Assembly (NCBI GenBank): GCA_016840855.1
Contig: JAEORO010000011.1
Span: 1 to 43,016, forward strand
Reading direction: 5' to 3'
DNA length: 43,016 nucleotides
Source: Candidatus Thorarchaeota archaeon
Lineage (GTDB): Archaea > Asgardarchaeota > Thorarchaeia > Thorarchaeales > Thorarchaeaceae
Below the pieces are notes generated by a model. It was not told where the DNA came from, searched no databases, and saw nothing but the letters and a program-made list of their open reading frames with translations. Of this stretch, positions 17,582 through 28,900 are shown one piece after another. Position 1 is the stretch's first letter, and each line of letters opens with the position of its first letter. A program made the position numbers and the translations under genes.

Positions 17582-18394
17582 CTAGATGCCAACTTTGAAG
17601 ATTAGGGCATCTCGGAGGACTCGCTGGAACATTCGTAGTAGATTTTTGCCCTCTGTAGCAATAGTATCAAACACTGGATAACCTTCCAGATCTAGCATCT
17701 GAACCATATAGTCAATTGGTAAAGCATTGGGAAGATCTCTTTTGTTTAGGGCGACTATGATTGGGAGTGTCGCCATCCGGTCTGTACCAAGAGCAATCCT
17801 TAGTTCTTGTATGGATGCAAGATTCTCATTCATCTGTTCAGGAGTTGAGTCAGCCATGAAAATGATACCATCGCAGTCACGAAGTACCTTGATTCTTTGG
17901 CTAGCATGACGTCTCTGTCCAGCCACAGTAAAGACATCAAACACAATTCTCTCACTCGCTGTGACAGGTACAAAGTCAAAGAAGGTAGTTCTACCAAGCT
18001 CATCATGAATTTCTATAATCTTCCCCTTTGCCAATGATCGGACATTAGCAAATAGCCATCTCAGGGCGGTAGTCTTACCAGAGAGAGAAGGACCATAGAA
18101 GACGATTTTGATGTGAACCCTCCCCACCTCATCCCGTTTGAGAACATGGCCTGGAACGATTTCAGCAGCACTTTGCGGCTTAATACGAGCGTACCGGGCA
18201 TGTTCAGCTGTGACCTCAGGATCAAAATGAATATCTTCACTAGAGGCAATTAATCGACCCATTGGAGTGGGAGTTGGTTCAGCGATTACAGGTTCCATCA
18301 CGGCCATACTTGTATCAACACTAGGCTCCGCTGATATCTCTTTTTCCTCTTTAGGCTTCTTTGAGCGCCGGGTTAATCTGCGAAATACAGACAA
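17582..18394 (-). CDS. MglA-like small GTPase with N-terminal extension
   Basis: KIVFYGPSLSGKTT, RTTFFDF, TVAGQ, NKRD, TIA motifs. Confidence 0.88.
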   Translation of the reverse strand: MSVFRRLTRRSKKPKEEKEISAEPSVDTSMAVMEPVIAEPTPTPMGRLIASSEDIHFDPEVTAEHARYARIKPQSAAEIVPGHVLKRDEVGRVHIKIVFYGPSLSGKTTALRWLFANVRSLAKGKIIEIHDELGRTTFFDFVPVTASERIVFDVFTVAGQRRHASQRIKVLRDCDGIIFMADSTPEQMNENLASIQELRIALGTDRMATLPIIVALNKRDLPNALPIDYMVQMLDLEGYPVFDTIATEGKNLLRMFQRVLRDALIFKVGI

Positions 18395-18495
18395 ACGCCT
18401 CTCCAGAATTTACGATGCTCATACTAGACTTAAATCTTAGGGGGATTTCGTCCGCAGTGACCTTTATCAACGATGAGCTATTTGGACGGTTCATC

Positions 18496-19620
18496 ATGAC
18501 TGAATTGATTGACCAGGAATTCATCTCTGAGATGTGGCCAACACTTAGCAAGATGACATACTTGAATAATGCATCTACAGGCATTCCTCCTGTAAATACT
18601 TTCCACGCAATGAAACAATATCTAGACGACACGGCAAAGGCTGTTGACAAATTCGAAGAAACACTAGAAGCATTCAAGGAAATACGTCAGCACCTTGCAA
18701 GCCTTTTGGGTGGCCATTATAGTCAATATGCATTCGTACCAAGCACTAGTGAAGGTGTAAACTCCATTGCACATGGTGTGCATTATCCAGAGGGTTCCAA
18801 TGTTGTAATATGCGACCTAGAATTTCCAGCCAACTATGTCCCTTGGCAGAATGCAAGTAGATTTTATGATTTTGAGCTTCGAGTTGTTAAATCCAATCAT
18901 GGCGCGGCTCCACTTGATGCATTCAAGGACAAAGTTGATGAGAATACGAAGGTACTTTCAATAAGCCAGATTCAGTTTGGTTCAGGATTTAGAGCAAATC
19001 TTGGAGAACTATCAAAACTCGCGCATGATAATTCTGCTCTTCTTGCGGTGGATATCATCCAAGCTGCAGGGTGTTTCAATACAGACTTATCAAAACTTGA
19101 TGTAGACTTTGCTACCGGTCAGTCTGCAAAGTGGCTTTTGGGGCCAATCGGAGCGGGTTTCATCTATGTTGGCAAATCTATGATGGATGAACTTAAGCCT
19201 CGCTTCATGGGGTGGTGGGGAGTTGAGAATCTGATGGAGTTTGGTTACTCTGAGCGGAAACCTTTCGCTGATGCACGAAAGTTCCAAGTCGGGTCTCCTG
19301 CAATGATTGCTTATGTCGGTTTATTGGAATCATTAAAGACACTACTAAAAATACCTGGAGAAGATAGAGAGAAAGCGGCGATGAACAATGCAGACTATCT
19401 CAGAAAAAGACTTTCAGAAATCGATGTTGCATTCTATGATTTCGGACGAGATCACAATTCAGCCATTGTGTCATGTGAGCCCCAATATGTTGAGAATCTA
19501 CTTGAAAGGCTAATGAAGAACAATATTCACTGTTCTGTAAGAAATGGAAGATTACGTGTATCTCCACATTTCTATAACAATCATGATGAGATTGATAGAT
19601 TGGTAGCATATTTGGGGTGA
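18496..19620 (+). CDS. Class V PLP-dependent aminotransferase-fold enzyme
   Basis: YLNNAS, EFPAN, VDIIQAAG, SAKWLLGP, LRVSPHFYN; start reassigned to ATG 18496 because the longer ORF overlaps the divergent gene. Confidence 0.88.
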   Translation: MTELIDQEFISEMWPTLSKMTYLNNASTGIPPVNTFHAMKQYLDDTAKAVDKFEETLEAFKEIRQHLASLLGGHYSQYAFVPSTSEGVNSIAHGVHYPEGSNVVICDLEFPANYVPWQNASRFYDFELRVVKSNHGAAPLDAFKDKVDENTKVLSISQIQFGSGFRANLGELSKLAHDNSALLAVDIIQAAGCFNTDLSKLDVDFATGQSAKWLLGPIGAGFIYVGKSMMDELKPRFMGWWGVENLMEFGYSERKPFADARKFQVGSPAMIAYVGLLESLKTLLKIPGEDREKAAMNNADYLRKRLSEIDVAFYDFGRDHNSAIVSCEPQYVENLLERLMKNNIHCSVRNGRLRVSPHFYNNHDEIDRLVAYLG

Positions 19621-19624
19621 TTAT

Positions 19625-20308
19625 TTGCTCGATCCGATTACAGACTCGATATATTTCATAATTAGCCGTTCTTTCGATTCAAACATCACCTATATCAAAT
19701 CAGGGAACCACGAGATTTTAGTTGACGCAGGGACCGGACTTTATTCTTCATCTCTCGATAAAGATCTACACACGAAAGGTTCGTCACTTGAAATGATTAC
19801 TGATGTTGTGCTCACGCACTGTCACATTGATCACATAGGTGGTATTATACCATTATTGGAAAGAGGATCACCCAGACTTTATCTTCATGAGGCTGAGGCA
19901 GTACCTATCAACAACGGCGACTATAGCCAGACGCTTGGAGCTACTTTTGGTGCAGAACTACCACCTTTCAAAATCGATGTAATGCTCAAAGAGGGAGATT
20001 TGATTGATTTTGGGGACATAAGGCTGCGAGTGTTTCACACACCAGGGCATTCTACAGGAAGCATTGTTATGGAAGTAGAGGACTCAGGCATTCTCTTCAC
20101 AGGAGACACGCTATTCCCCGGTGGGAGTTTTGGTAGAGTAGATTTTCCCACAGGAAGTCCCGAAAAACTTGTAGCATCTCTTAAACGAATATCAGAGATG
20201 GAGTTTGAAATTGGTATACCTGGTCACATGAATGTTATGAGGTACAATGCCAGAAAGTCAGCACTCACATCGTATCAAATGGCCAAAAATTGGTTCAATG
20301 TTGGGTGA
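19625..20308 (+). CDS. MBL-fold metallo-hydrolase (glyoxalase II-like)
   Basis: THCHIDH, HTPGHS, FTGDTLF, GRVDF, PGH motifs. Confidence 0.9.
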   Translation: MLDPITDSIYFIISRSFDSNITYIKSGNHEILVDAGTGLYSSSLDKDLHTKGSSLEMITDVVLTHCHIDHIGGIIPLLERGSPRLYLHEAEAVPINNGDYSQTLGATFGAELPPFKIDVMLKEGDLIDFGDIRLRVFHTPGHSTGSIVMEVEDSGILFTGDTLFPGGSFGRVDFPTGSPEKLVASLKRISEMEFEIGIPGHMNVMRYNARKSALTSYQMAKNWFNVG

Positions 20309-20521
20309 ATAATCATCAAAAACAGCAATGTATTACTTGGATAATGGTTGGTATTCTCCTAAGTAAAGAATATATGAGATAAATTGATGAAGCGTGAATG
20401 CTGATTGCGACAAATTAGTGGAAAAGCTTTCGGTATAAATGCTCAAAACAAATGCTCCAGCCATCAAATGGCATGGATGCACACAGTAAACAAAAACGAC
20501 CTATTGGTAGGTGTGGAATAC

Positions 20522-21355
20522 TTGGCTGACTCTTCTCGTGACTTGGAAGAATTACTTAAAGAATTCAAACCCGAGAAGAAAGCTCGTTTCCAAGCCTTTG
20601 ATAAGGTGGTCAATGCTCTTAATACCCCTAGCCAATCTCTATTCGTTTTAGATAATGATAACGAAGTTGATACATTCCAAAGAGAGTACAATCAATTCCT
20701 TGTATCAACAGGAAGAATGGAAGAGGGAGGAGAACTACCATACTATATGGTTCGTATTGGGTACGATGGGGACATGTTGGACGATATGTTCAGACTAGTT
20801 GTTTCTGATGAGTCTGACAACTTTAAACCTGCTTCCTTGGATGTTAACATGCTTTATTCGAAACAGGCAATCTTCCAACACCTCTATCAAATAATTACAA
20901 AAGATAAGTACATCATTTTTCACATCCCGGAGTTCCCACTTGCATACTATTTCGAAACTGCTGTTGTCGTGGATGTGGAAGAACTTTCGGATGTTATGGA
21001 CTCATCCGTGCATGATGATACAATCATCAGATATCTAAACGACCTTCGAGAGCAAGGCACAGAGGAACATAGAAAGACGTATAGCTTCTTCTATAGAATC
21101 AGCACTTCCTTGTTGATGGAATTCTCGAACGTGTTTCTTGTAGCTCCAACTGCAGGCATGAATAGGCACATGTGTGTCACCAGTTGGAGAACTCAGACAC
21201 TTTTGCTCGGATTCAGTCCACTTACATGGTCGTCTGGAAGTTTCCGCGTCTTTGACTTGAGTGGTAGAGATATTGATGCAAGATGGGCATACCCAGCGCC
21301 TCAATCAGATGATCCAAGAATCAAGCAATACACTCGTATTGTTCCATTAGAGTAA
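20522..21355 (+). CDS. Hypothetical protein
   Basis: Long ORF with protein-like composition; likely TTG start at 20522 behind AGGTG. Confidence 0.7.
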   Translation: MADSSRDLEELLKEFKPEKKARFQAFDKVVNALNTPSQSLFVLDNDNEVDTFQREYNQFLVSTGRMEEGGELPYYMVRIGYDGDMLDDMFRLVVSDESDNFKPASLDVNMLYSKQAIFQHLYQIITKDKYIIFHIPEFPLAYYFETAVVVDVEELSDVMDSSVHDDTIIRYLNDLREQGTEEHRKTYSFFYRISTSLLMEFSNVFLVAPTAGMNRHMCVTSWRTQTLLLGFSPLTWSSGSFRVFDLSGRDIDARWAYPAPQSDDPRIKQYTRIVPLE

Positions 21356-21475
21356 CATATTATCTTCTAGAGCGTTTCTTATTCAAATTAAACCAAATAT
21401 AGAATGTATATACATGTATATATGCAATGTTGAATGTATAAAGAATATTTAATACCCGACTCAATAAAGACGGAC

Positions 21476-22417
21476 ATGGCTGACACATTGAAAAGGCAAA
21501 AGAATGAGGAACAGACAGCAAAGGCTTTCGTGCCCGGCCACATTACAGGAATCTTTCGTATCTTTGACGAATATGACGATCCTCTTCGTTGCGGTTCAAT
21601 GGGAGCCGGATTCTCAGTGACCATTGGAACAGTCACTTCGGTTTCCGTGGTGAATCATCCAAGACTGGAGATTACAACTGATTACAACAAACAACGAATA
21701 GATGCACAAGTCACGAAGACGGTGATACAGAGATTGACTGAAGAATACGAGAGGACACTCAAAGTTCATGTAGACCATAGTTCCTCTCTAATTATTGGAG
21801 CTGGTTTTGGAGCATCAGGCGCAGGCGCTTTAGGCACAGCTCTTGCTCTCGGTCATCTGCTCGATCCTGACATTGAATATGAAAAAGCTGCAGGTTTCGC
21901 ACATTGTGCAGAGATTGCCAATCATACGGGCCTTGGAGATGTACTTTCACAGACAATTGGTGGACTCGAAGTGCGAGTGCAAGCTGGTGGTCCCGGTATA
22001 GGGAAAATTAAGAAAATTAATCATGATCACACTCTTCGTGTTGCCCTCGCAGGAGCCCCAGGTCTTGAAACTTCAAAGGTATTGACGAATCCATCATCAC
22101 GAGAACGAATCAATGCAATAGGTGAAGAATTAATATCAAGGATAATAGACAATCCAACAATTGAGATGTTTATCGAGTGCTCTCGAGAGTTTTCAGAAGA
22201 GATAGGATTGCAAAGTACACGAGTAAAGCAGGTACTCCATGAGCTTGACAAGAGAGGACTGACCCAATCGAGTATGGTTATGTTGGGAGACTCTGTCTTT
22301 TGTTTTTGTAATGAGGAAAACTCCAATATAGCTCAAGGAATCCTATCAGAATATTGGAATGTATCAGAGGTATTCATGACAGACATAGCAGCTCAGGGTG
22401 GGAGGTTAATCAGATGA
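21476..22417 (+). CDS. Pantoate kinase (GHMP family)
   Basis: AFVPGHITGIF, GSMGAG, GAGFGASGA, TGLGDV, SMVMLG; first gene of the CoA operon. Confidence 0.9.
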   Translation: MADTLKRQKNEEQTAKAFVPGHITGIFRIFDEYDDPLRCGSMGAGFSVTIGTVTSVSVVNHPRLEITTDYNKQRIDAQVTKTVIQRLTEEYERTLKVHVDHSSSLIIGAGFGASGAGALGTALALGHLLDPDIEYEKAAGFAHCAEIANHTGLGDVLSQTIGGLEVRVQAGGPGIGKIKKINHDHTLRVALAGAPGLETSKVLTNPSSRERINAIGEELISRIIDNPTIEMFIECSREFSEEIGLQSTRVKQVLHELDKRGLTQSSMVMLGDSVFCFCNEENSNIAQGILSEYWNVSEVFMTDIAAQGGRLIR

Positions 22418-23226
22418 CAAAGATTGAGATACCTCCTGATCATCCACGAAGGATTTCACTTGAAACCAGAGAGAAAATAATTGATGGGCATGAATCACAT
22501 GTAGTTGCTACAGCTGGATTATTAGCTCATGGCAGAGGTGAAGCTTTTGACTATTTAATTGGCGAGAGGACCACCGAACAAGCAGAGCTTGCTATGCAAG
22601 CAGCTGTTGCAGCTTTACTCTCCGCTAAACATCCAGTCATTAGTGTAAATGGAAATGCATGTTCTTTGGTACCAGAAGCCTTGGTGGAACTTTCAGAGGT
22701 TTGCAAGGCACCACTGGAAATCAACTTGTTCTACTATAGAAAAGAGAGAGAGGACGCTATTAGAGATGCTCTCATCGATGCAGGTGCGAAAGTTGTGCTG
22801 GGTACTCAGGACAGGCCATCAATGAACATCCCAGAGTTGAGTAGCAATCGTCGGAAGGTGGATGTTGAAGGAATTGGAGCGGCTGATGTCGTTCTAGTAC
22901 CATTGGAAGATGGTGACAGAACTGAAGCACTGAAAGCGATTGGTAAGTTTGTCATAACTATTGATTTAAACCCGATGAGCAGAACTGCAGTCTATTCAGA
23001 CATCACCATTATTGATAATATAGTAAGAGCTCTTCCTCGTATGGCTGAGCAGGCTCATGTGATGAAGAAGATTCCTAAAGATGAACTTCATCAGATTGTA
23101 AGGAGTTTTAACAACTCTGAGAACATTGCCACAGCAGTACGAATAATAATAACACATCTCGAGAGAAGAGTAAAGGATATTGTCGAATTGAGGACAAAAA
23201 CGAATATTGGAGTTAGCGAAAAATGA
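22414..23226 (+). CDS. Phosphopantothenate synthetase (4-phosphopantoate--beta-alanine ligase)
   Basis: HPR, AHGRGEAFDYLIGERT, PVISVNGN, VPLEDGDRTEAL, IDLNPMSRT; ATGA overlap with the upstream stop. Confidence 0.93.
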   Translation: MTKIEIPPDHPRRISLETREKIIDGHESHVVATAGLLAHGRGEAFDYLIGERTTEQAELAMQAAVAALLSAKHPVISVNGNACSLVPEALVELSEVCKAPLEINLFYYRKEREDAIRDALIDAGAKVVLGTQDRPSMNIPELSSNRRKVDVEGIGAADVVLVPLEDGDRTEALKAIGKFVITIDLNPMSRTAVYSDITIIDNIVRALPRMAEQAHVMKKIPKDELHQIVRSFNNSENIATAVRIIITHLERRVKDIVELRTKTNIGVSEK

Positions 23227-24209
23227 AGATAGTTGTTGTGGGGTCAGGAGCGATTGGAAGCTTATATGGAGCGTTCCTGAGTCGACTTAAGGATACAGAA
23301 GTAATCTTGGTGGGCAGGAATCCTCATGTTTCTGCAATTCAGTCTAACGGTCTCAAGATTAACGGTATTCTTGGAGAGCATGTCTTCAAGCTTAAAGCTA
23401 TGAAACTTGCATCCGAAATAGACAAGGCAGATCTAGTTATTCTCACAACAAAAACTTACGACACCCTTACAGCAGCTCAAAGTGCGAAACACTTGGTTGA
23501 CAGGGGAGCCTCAATACTCCTCATCCAGAATGGTCTTGGAACAGAAGAATTGGTCGCAAAAGCTCTCAATACGACTAAGGTTCTAAGAGCAACAACCTGT
23601 ATGGGCGCATTAAGAACTACACCCGGAGTTGTAACAGCAACAGGTTGTGGTCTCACTGAGATTGGCTCTCGATATCCTGAGAATTATGAGTTGGTCGAAC
23701 AACTCACTGAGATGATGAAAGAGGTCGGATTCGACGTACGATCAAGCGATAACATCGAGGGAGTAGTTTGGACAAAAACTTTGGTGAACTGTGGCATAAA
23801 CCCAGTTGGTGCATTGACAGGGCTTTCAAACGGAGAGGTCTACAGAAACAAAGCACTTCGTGGTCTAATTGTTAGACTTGTTGAGGAGGCAGTTAAAGTT
23901 GTCAAAGCTCTTGGTGTTGAACTCACAACAGACGATCCAGTCAGATATGCACTTGGGACAGCCAAAGCTACTGGAAACAATATCAATTCAATGCTTCAAG
24001 ACCTTCGTGCTGGAAAAAGAACAGAAATTGATGCGATAACAGGTGAAGTCATCAGATTAGCCAAGATATATGGAATTGAAACGCCATCAAGTGAAGCTGT
24101 CTACGCTCTCGTGAAAGCACTTGAATCTAAATATCTAGAGGAAGGCAAGAAAATGACAGAAATGGATATTCTTGCTATCGACGAACTTGTTGAAGCAATA
24201 ACAAGGTGA
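23223..24209 (+). CDS. panE: 2-dehydropantoate 2-reductase
   Basis: GSGAIG, QNGLG, WTKTLVNCGINP, SMLQD, RTEIDAITG. Confidence 0.93.
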   Translation: MKIVVVGSGAIGSLYGAFLSRLKDTEVILVGRNPHVSAIQSNGLKINGILGEHVFKLKAMKLASEIDKADLVILTTKTYDTLTAAQSAKHLVDRGASILLIQNGLGTEELVAKALNTTKVLRATTCMGALRTTPGVVTATGCGLTEIGSRYPENYELVEQLTEMMKEVGFDVRSSDNIEGVVWTKTLVNCGINPVGALTGLSNGEVYRNKALRGLIVRLVEEAVKVVKALGVELTTDDPVRYALGTAKATGNNINSMLQDLRAGKRTEIDAITGEVIRLAKIYGIETPSSEAVYALVKALESKYLEEGKKMTEMDILAIDELVEAITR

Positions 24210-24211
24210 TT

Positions 24212-25456
24212 ATGTTGATTGAGCATACATCAAAGCTCATCAAAGGAAGTTTAAGCAGACTGCTTGATAGAAAGAAAATAGCTCTTGGCATTACTGGCAG
24301 TGTAGGAGCTGTAGAGTGCGTTGCTTTGGCTAGAGCCCTTATGCGTCATGGCGCTGAGGTTTACACAATTATGAGCCAAATGGCACAAAAGATTATTCAC
24401 CCCTATTTGATGGAGTGGGCAACTGGAAACTCAGTTGTAACTGAACTCACAGGTCAGATTGAACACATAACACTTGCCGGGAAGCACGACGATCACGTTG
24501 ATCTACTTCTAATCGCACCTTCAACAGCCAATACAATAGGCAAAATTGCTAGAGGTATTGATGACACTCCAGTGACAACTACTGCATCTTCAGCCATCGG
24601 TGCTGGTATTCCAGTCATCATCGTTCCAGCCATGCATGAATCTATGTACGACCATCCTGCTGTAATAGAGAATATTGAGATATTGAAAGGCATGGGAGTC
24701 ACGATTGTTTCACCACGGATGGAAGAGGCGAAAGCAAAGATTCCAGAGGTAGCAACAATAGTTGATCATGTACTCAAGGTGTTAGGCCCAAGACATCTTG
24801 ATGGGAAACATTTTGTCGTCACTGCAGGGCCAACAAGAGGATGGGTAGACCGAGTTCGTTTTATTACCAATCCATCGACCGGAAAGATGGGAATTGCAGT
24901 GGCTGAAGAATTAGTTCGCAGAGGTGCTACTGTGAGTCTAATACTCGGTCCGACTTCAGAAAATTCCTCGCGTCTTGTAGAAACCCATAAGGTTTCGACA
25001 TCGCAGGAAATGCTTGAAGCTGTCATGTCGGAGCTTTCAGCTCGACAAACAGATGGATTTGTATCTGCAGCTGCTGTTCTCGACTATACTCCCTCAAAGA
25101 AAGAAGATAGAAAGATGGCATCAGGCGCAGCAAGTCTAAACCTTGAGCTTGTTCCTACAAAGAAAATAATCGAAGAGGCGAGAAAAGCATACAAAGACCT
25201 CTTCATCGTTGGTTTCAAGGTAGAATCCGGTGTAACAGACAATGAACTGGAATCTAGAGCCAGAACAAAAATTGATGCAGGTATATGTGACCTTGTTATT
25301 GCAAATGATGAACAAAGAGAGGGAGTCGCATTCGGTACTGATACAAATGCAGTGCTAATAGTTGGCCCTAACAATTATACTAGGAGCGTTGATCTTGCAC
25401 CTAAGAGAGAGATAGCAAGGCACATTGTTGATGAGATAGTTAACAAAATGAGATGA
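24212..25456 (+). CDS. coaBC: Bifunctional phosphopantothenoylcysteine decarboxylase/synthetase
   Basis: GITGSV, APSTANTIGK, PAMH, TAGPT, VRFITNPSTGKMG, AAVLD, VGFK. Confidence 0.93.
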   Translation: MLIEHTSKLIKGSLSRLLDRKKIALGITGSVGAVECVALARALMRHGAEVYTIMSQMAQKIIHPYLMEWATGNSVVTELTGQIEHITLAGKHDDHVDLLLIAPSTANTIGKIARGIDDTPVTTTASSAIGAGIPVIIVPAMHESMYDHPAVIENIEILKGMGVTIVSPRMEEAKAKIPEVATIVDHVLKVLGPRHLDGKHFVVTAGPTRGWVDRVRFITNPSTGKMGIAVAEELVRRGATVSLILGPTSENSSRLVETHKVSTSQEMLEAVMSELSARQTDGFVSAAAVLDYTPSKKEDRKMASGAASLNLELVPTKKIIEEARKAYKDLFIVGFKVESGVTDNELESRARTKIDAGICDLVIANDEQREGVAFGTDTNAVLIVGPNNYTRSVDLAPKREIARHIVDEIVNKMR

Positions 25457-25460
25457 CAAA

Positions 25461-25823
25461 TTAGAGTATCTCTAATAGCACATCAGCAATTCGCCTCATA
25501 TCAACAAAGATAAGACCAATCTGAGCATCAGCTTTTGCCAATACGAGTAGAAGTGCATTTTCACCAACTGATGTCAGAAGGGTATAGCCTCGTTCACCCT
25601 TGACATAGATTTCTTTGAAAACACCACGATCTAATTCGGTTGTTGCTTTCTCACCTAGCGACAAGAGACCAGCACTAATCGCAGCTACACGTTCCTGTTC
25701 AGCTTCTGGTAGAGCTGAAGAAATCATCAGGCCATCTGCAGAAACAAGAGCTGCTCCCTCAACACCTGGTACAGTTTCGAAATCACGAATAGTTTTGTTG
25801 ATGCTATCAACACGACTGGACAT
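25461..25823 (-). CDS. Roadblock/LC7 (MglB-like) protein
   Basis: GVEGAALVSADGLMISSALP...RVAAISAGLLSLG...IYVKGERG...IGLIF; ATG 25823 behind GAGGGTG. Confidence 0.92.
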   Translation of the reverse strand: MSSRVDSINKTIRDFETVPGVEGAALVSADGLMISSALPEAEQERVAAISAGLLSLGEKATTELDRGVFKEIYVKGERGYTLLTSVGENALLLVLAKADAQIGLIFVDMRRIADVLLEIL

Positions 25824-25924
25824 ACTTGCACCCTCTAGCAATCCAAACAAACGCTAGTCAGTGGCCATATATAATAACTTATTGTTGCCCCATATTTTTG
25901 GGCGTATTGATAGGATTTAATTCC

Positions 25925-28900
25925 CTAAACACCGAAGAACTCCTTTACATTAGATTTACTATCTTCTTTCTTTTGTTCGGCTTCTTTCCTCTTATCTTGG
26001 GGTGTGCTATCTCGCTTCCAGCCTATGCTTTCGCCGCGTCTTTTCTTCAAGTATATCCAACCGCCAATAACAACAACTACGCCACCACCAAGTATCCCAA
26101 GCATGAGAAATGGAAAAGGACGAACAAGGACGAATTTGTCGATTGTAAGTGTCAGTGTGTCGTGACCTATTTTTGATGCTGCAATGTGAATGTCAAACAA
26201 GCCGATGTTCTGTCCCGTCCATTCTGCATCTAATATAGCAACGTACAATCCATCGGTTAATTCTTGCACAGTGATTTGACTAGAATTAAGCCACAAGGCA
26301 AATGTTGCAGCCTCGATGTTGTTTCCCACAATATCTGTCAGCCTAATCATAATCTGAACCACATCACCAGCCCAAATTATTCTCTCACTTAATTCAATGC
26401 TTTCAACTGTTATTGAAGGAACGCTTCTCCAAAAGACTGCATTCTCAATAGTAGCTGAACCATTTGAAACAGAGGGGAATGTTGTTGATAGAGCAAGCTT
26501 GCCTGAACCTACTGAACCAGCGACGAATACAGGGTTTGTTCCATCGGTTGCTAGAATTGATAGATTAACCCATACAGAAGAGAAATGACCGGAATAGTTT
26601 ACAGATGAACTCAATATATTAGGCGAGTTCAGAAGTGGATGAGTAGAGTCAACATATGTGATTGATGTACCAGATGGTCCTGATTGATACGAAACTGGCC
26701 ATGGTAACCACGACAAGGAGTCTGAAACTCCAAAGATTTCTAGAATGCCTCCATTACGTACAAATGAGTATAACACACTGCTTGATGAAGAGAGACTTGA
26801 GCCTAATTCGGGAAGGGTATCTGGCTCAACAAGAACAACTTGTCTTAGTGGAAGGAACTGAATGAACTCTGAATAGTTTGTAACTTCGTAGTAATCAAAA
26901 GCAATTCCGAGTGATGCTAAGATAGAAGGCAAGTATGAAGAAGATCCAAGCGCAGCAACTACGCCTATCCCTTGACCGGGGATGTGCGTATCAAATGAAC
27001 TTGTTAGTGGATTAGTAGCTGGAACGTGTGGATATGATGATGGTTCATACAGTCTAATAGATGGATCGCCAAAGAGTATTTGCTGGTTTGCATAATCGCG
27101 AGGGTCACGACCAACTAATGGGTCAGAGTAATCAATGGAAGTTGTGCGAAGACCTTCAGAAAGTGCTTCAGAAATCGTTGAACCTTCACAAAGGGACTGA
27201 GTTAGAAGTACTGAAAGCATGCCAGCTGGACGGAAGTAGACTGTTCGAGGTGCTGCGGTGACCGCCACAGCACCATGTTCCATCAACATAAGGGGTAGTT
27301 CAGTTCCTCCAAGAAGGCAAGCGGTAATTATCACAATGGGACTTCCGATGTTACCAATTGCAGCTTCTAGTTCATGAGTTGATTTTGTGACATGATTTGC
27401 TAGTTCAGCTGAAAATTGAACAGGATTGACGAGTTTGTCATAATCTGTAGGACTCTCTCGAACCTCTACACTTACTTCAAATCCATAAGGAGCATCGGTG
27501 CTTCTCAATGAAAAGAAACCGACACCATTTGGTCGGTCTGGAGGATCACGAGGTAGTACAGTTAAAGTCCCGTGTGTGCTCAGTGACCAGAAAGCAACTT
27601 GAGAATCAAGAGTCTGAAAGACCTCATTCTGCCCCACATGACTCTCAATGGAAAAACCTGCAGCTTCAAGTGGGGTTGTCGTATTTTCAATTTGATATAA
27701 AAGAGGATAATTGTAGTCATTATCTACAAAGGTATCACCATCAGTATATGCGTACATGCTTACCAAAGAGGTGTCAGCTTGGTTAGCACTTCGGAATAGA
27801 AACCGGTGCAAGAGGCCTCTGGCTATAAGAACAGAAGCCATAGTTGATGATGTTGCAGGTATCCTTCCTGGATTGAAATGAGTCTGTAAGGATCTGTCGA
27901 AACTTAATGGAACAAGGGAAGCAGGTGAAATTACTACTATGGACTGAGATGATGTCGAGTTGTAAGCCCCCCTTGATGAAAGGAATGTTTCAAAACGTGC
28001 CTCGGACTCCATCATTGAGAACTTGTTTGGGATTCGTTCATCATACCATCCATTTTCAGCGCGATTCTCGTATTTGTTGATAACATAGATGTTATTGATT
28101 TCGGGACCAATCAAATAAGGAGCCCATGTTTCTTGAGCCCTAGTCGTTAGCTCATTATTATTACCACAGAGTGAAAATACCGGACTTCCATGAGCTGCCG
28201 CAGAAAAAGCAGCTGGCGCAAAGAACTCGTTGTCATCACTCACAGGTACAGTTACAACAACATCGTGAGATCCTGAGATGGACTTTATCGTTGAGGTTAC
28301 CAAAGAGTAGCTAAACAGATTAATGAGAGCCCCATATGAGCTCAGTAGAGCGGGCAATCCAGCATCTTGAATATTTGATGGGTCAACAAGATAGATAGTT
28401 GATACACCAAGTCTGTTTAAAGCCCAGTCAGTTTCTGAGGGGATCTGGTTAGCATACACATAAAGTAGTGGAGCGTTTAGAAGTGATGCAAGTACGGCTG
28501 CATTTGCAGCTGACTCCATGTAGGACTGAAGATCAGAAGGGAGTCTTGATATCGACCATGATAAGTTGATATTGTTCTGCTCTTGATTCGCATTCAGCCA
28601 TGCTGCTATTATGGTCCAATCTCCAGCCGCAGGGTATGGCAGATTAATTACTTCTCGACCGGGATTTGACAAGATACTTCCAGCAGGGGCCCACATCGAA
28701 AGTCGACCATTAGGATCTATAAGAGCAAGATTGAGGTCAGTTGCTGCGTTGTCCCATGTTAATGATACATTCAGCCACTTTGCATTTGATGGAACTGTGA
28801 CAGTTTCAGTGTATCCCGGATGAGATATGACCTCATTATCCAAAGTGGTTGAGTCAAAAACAGCATCACTGGTTATGTTCATTGTCCAAAGTCCATCGGC

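Noticed and set aside
18361-18495. N-terminal extensions in the ORF track (also at 15225, 20405, 22354, 29812, 35660)
   Set aside because: Downstream starts fit RBS position, gene spacing and family N-termini better
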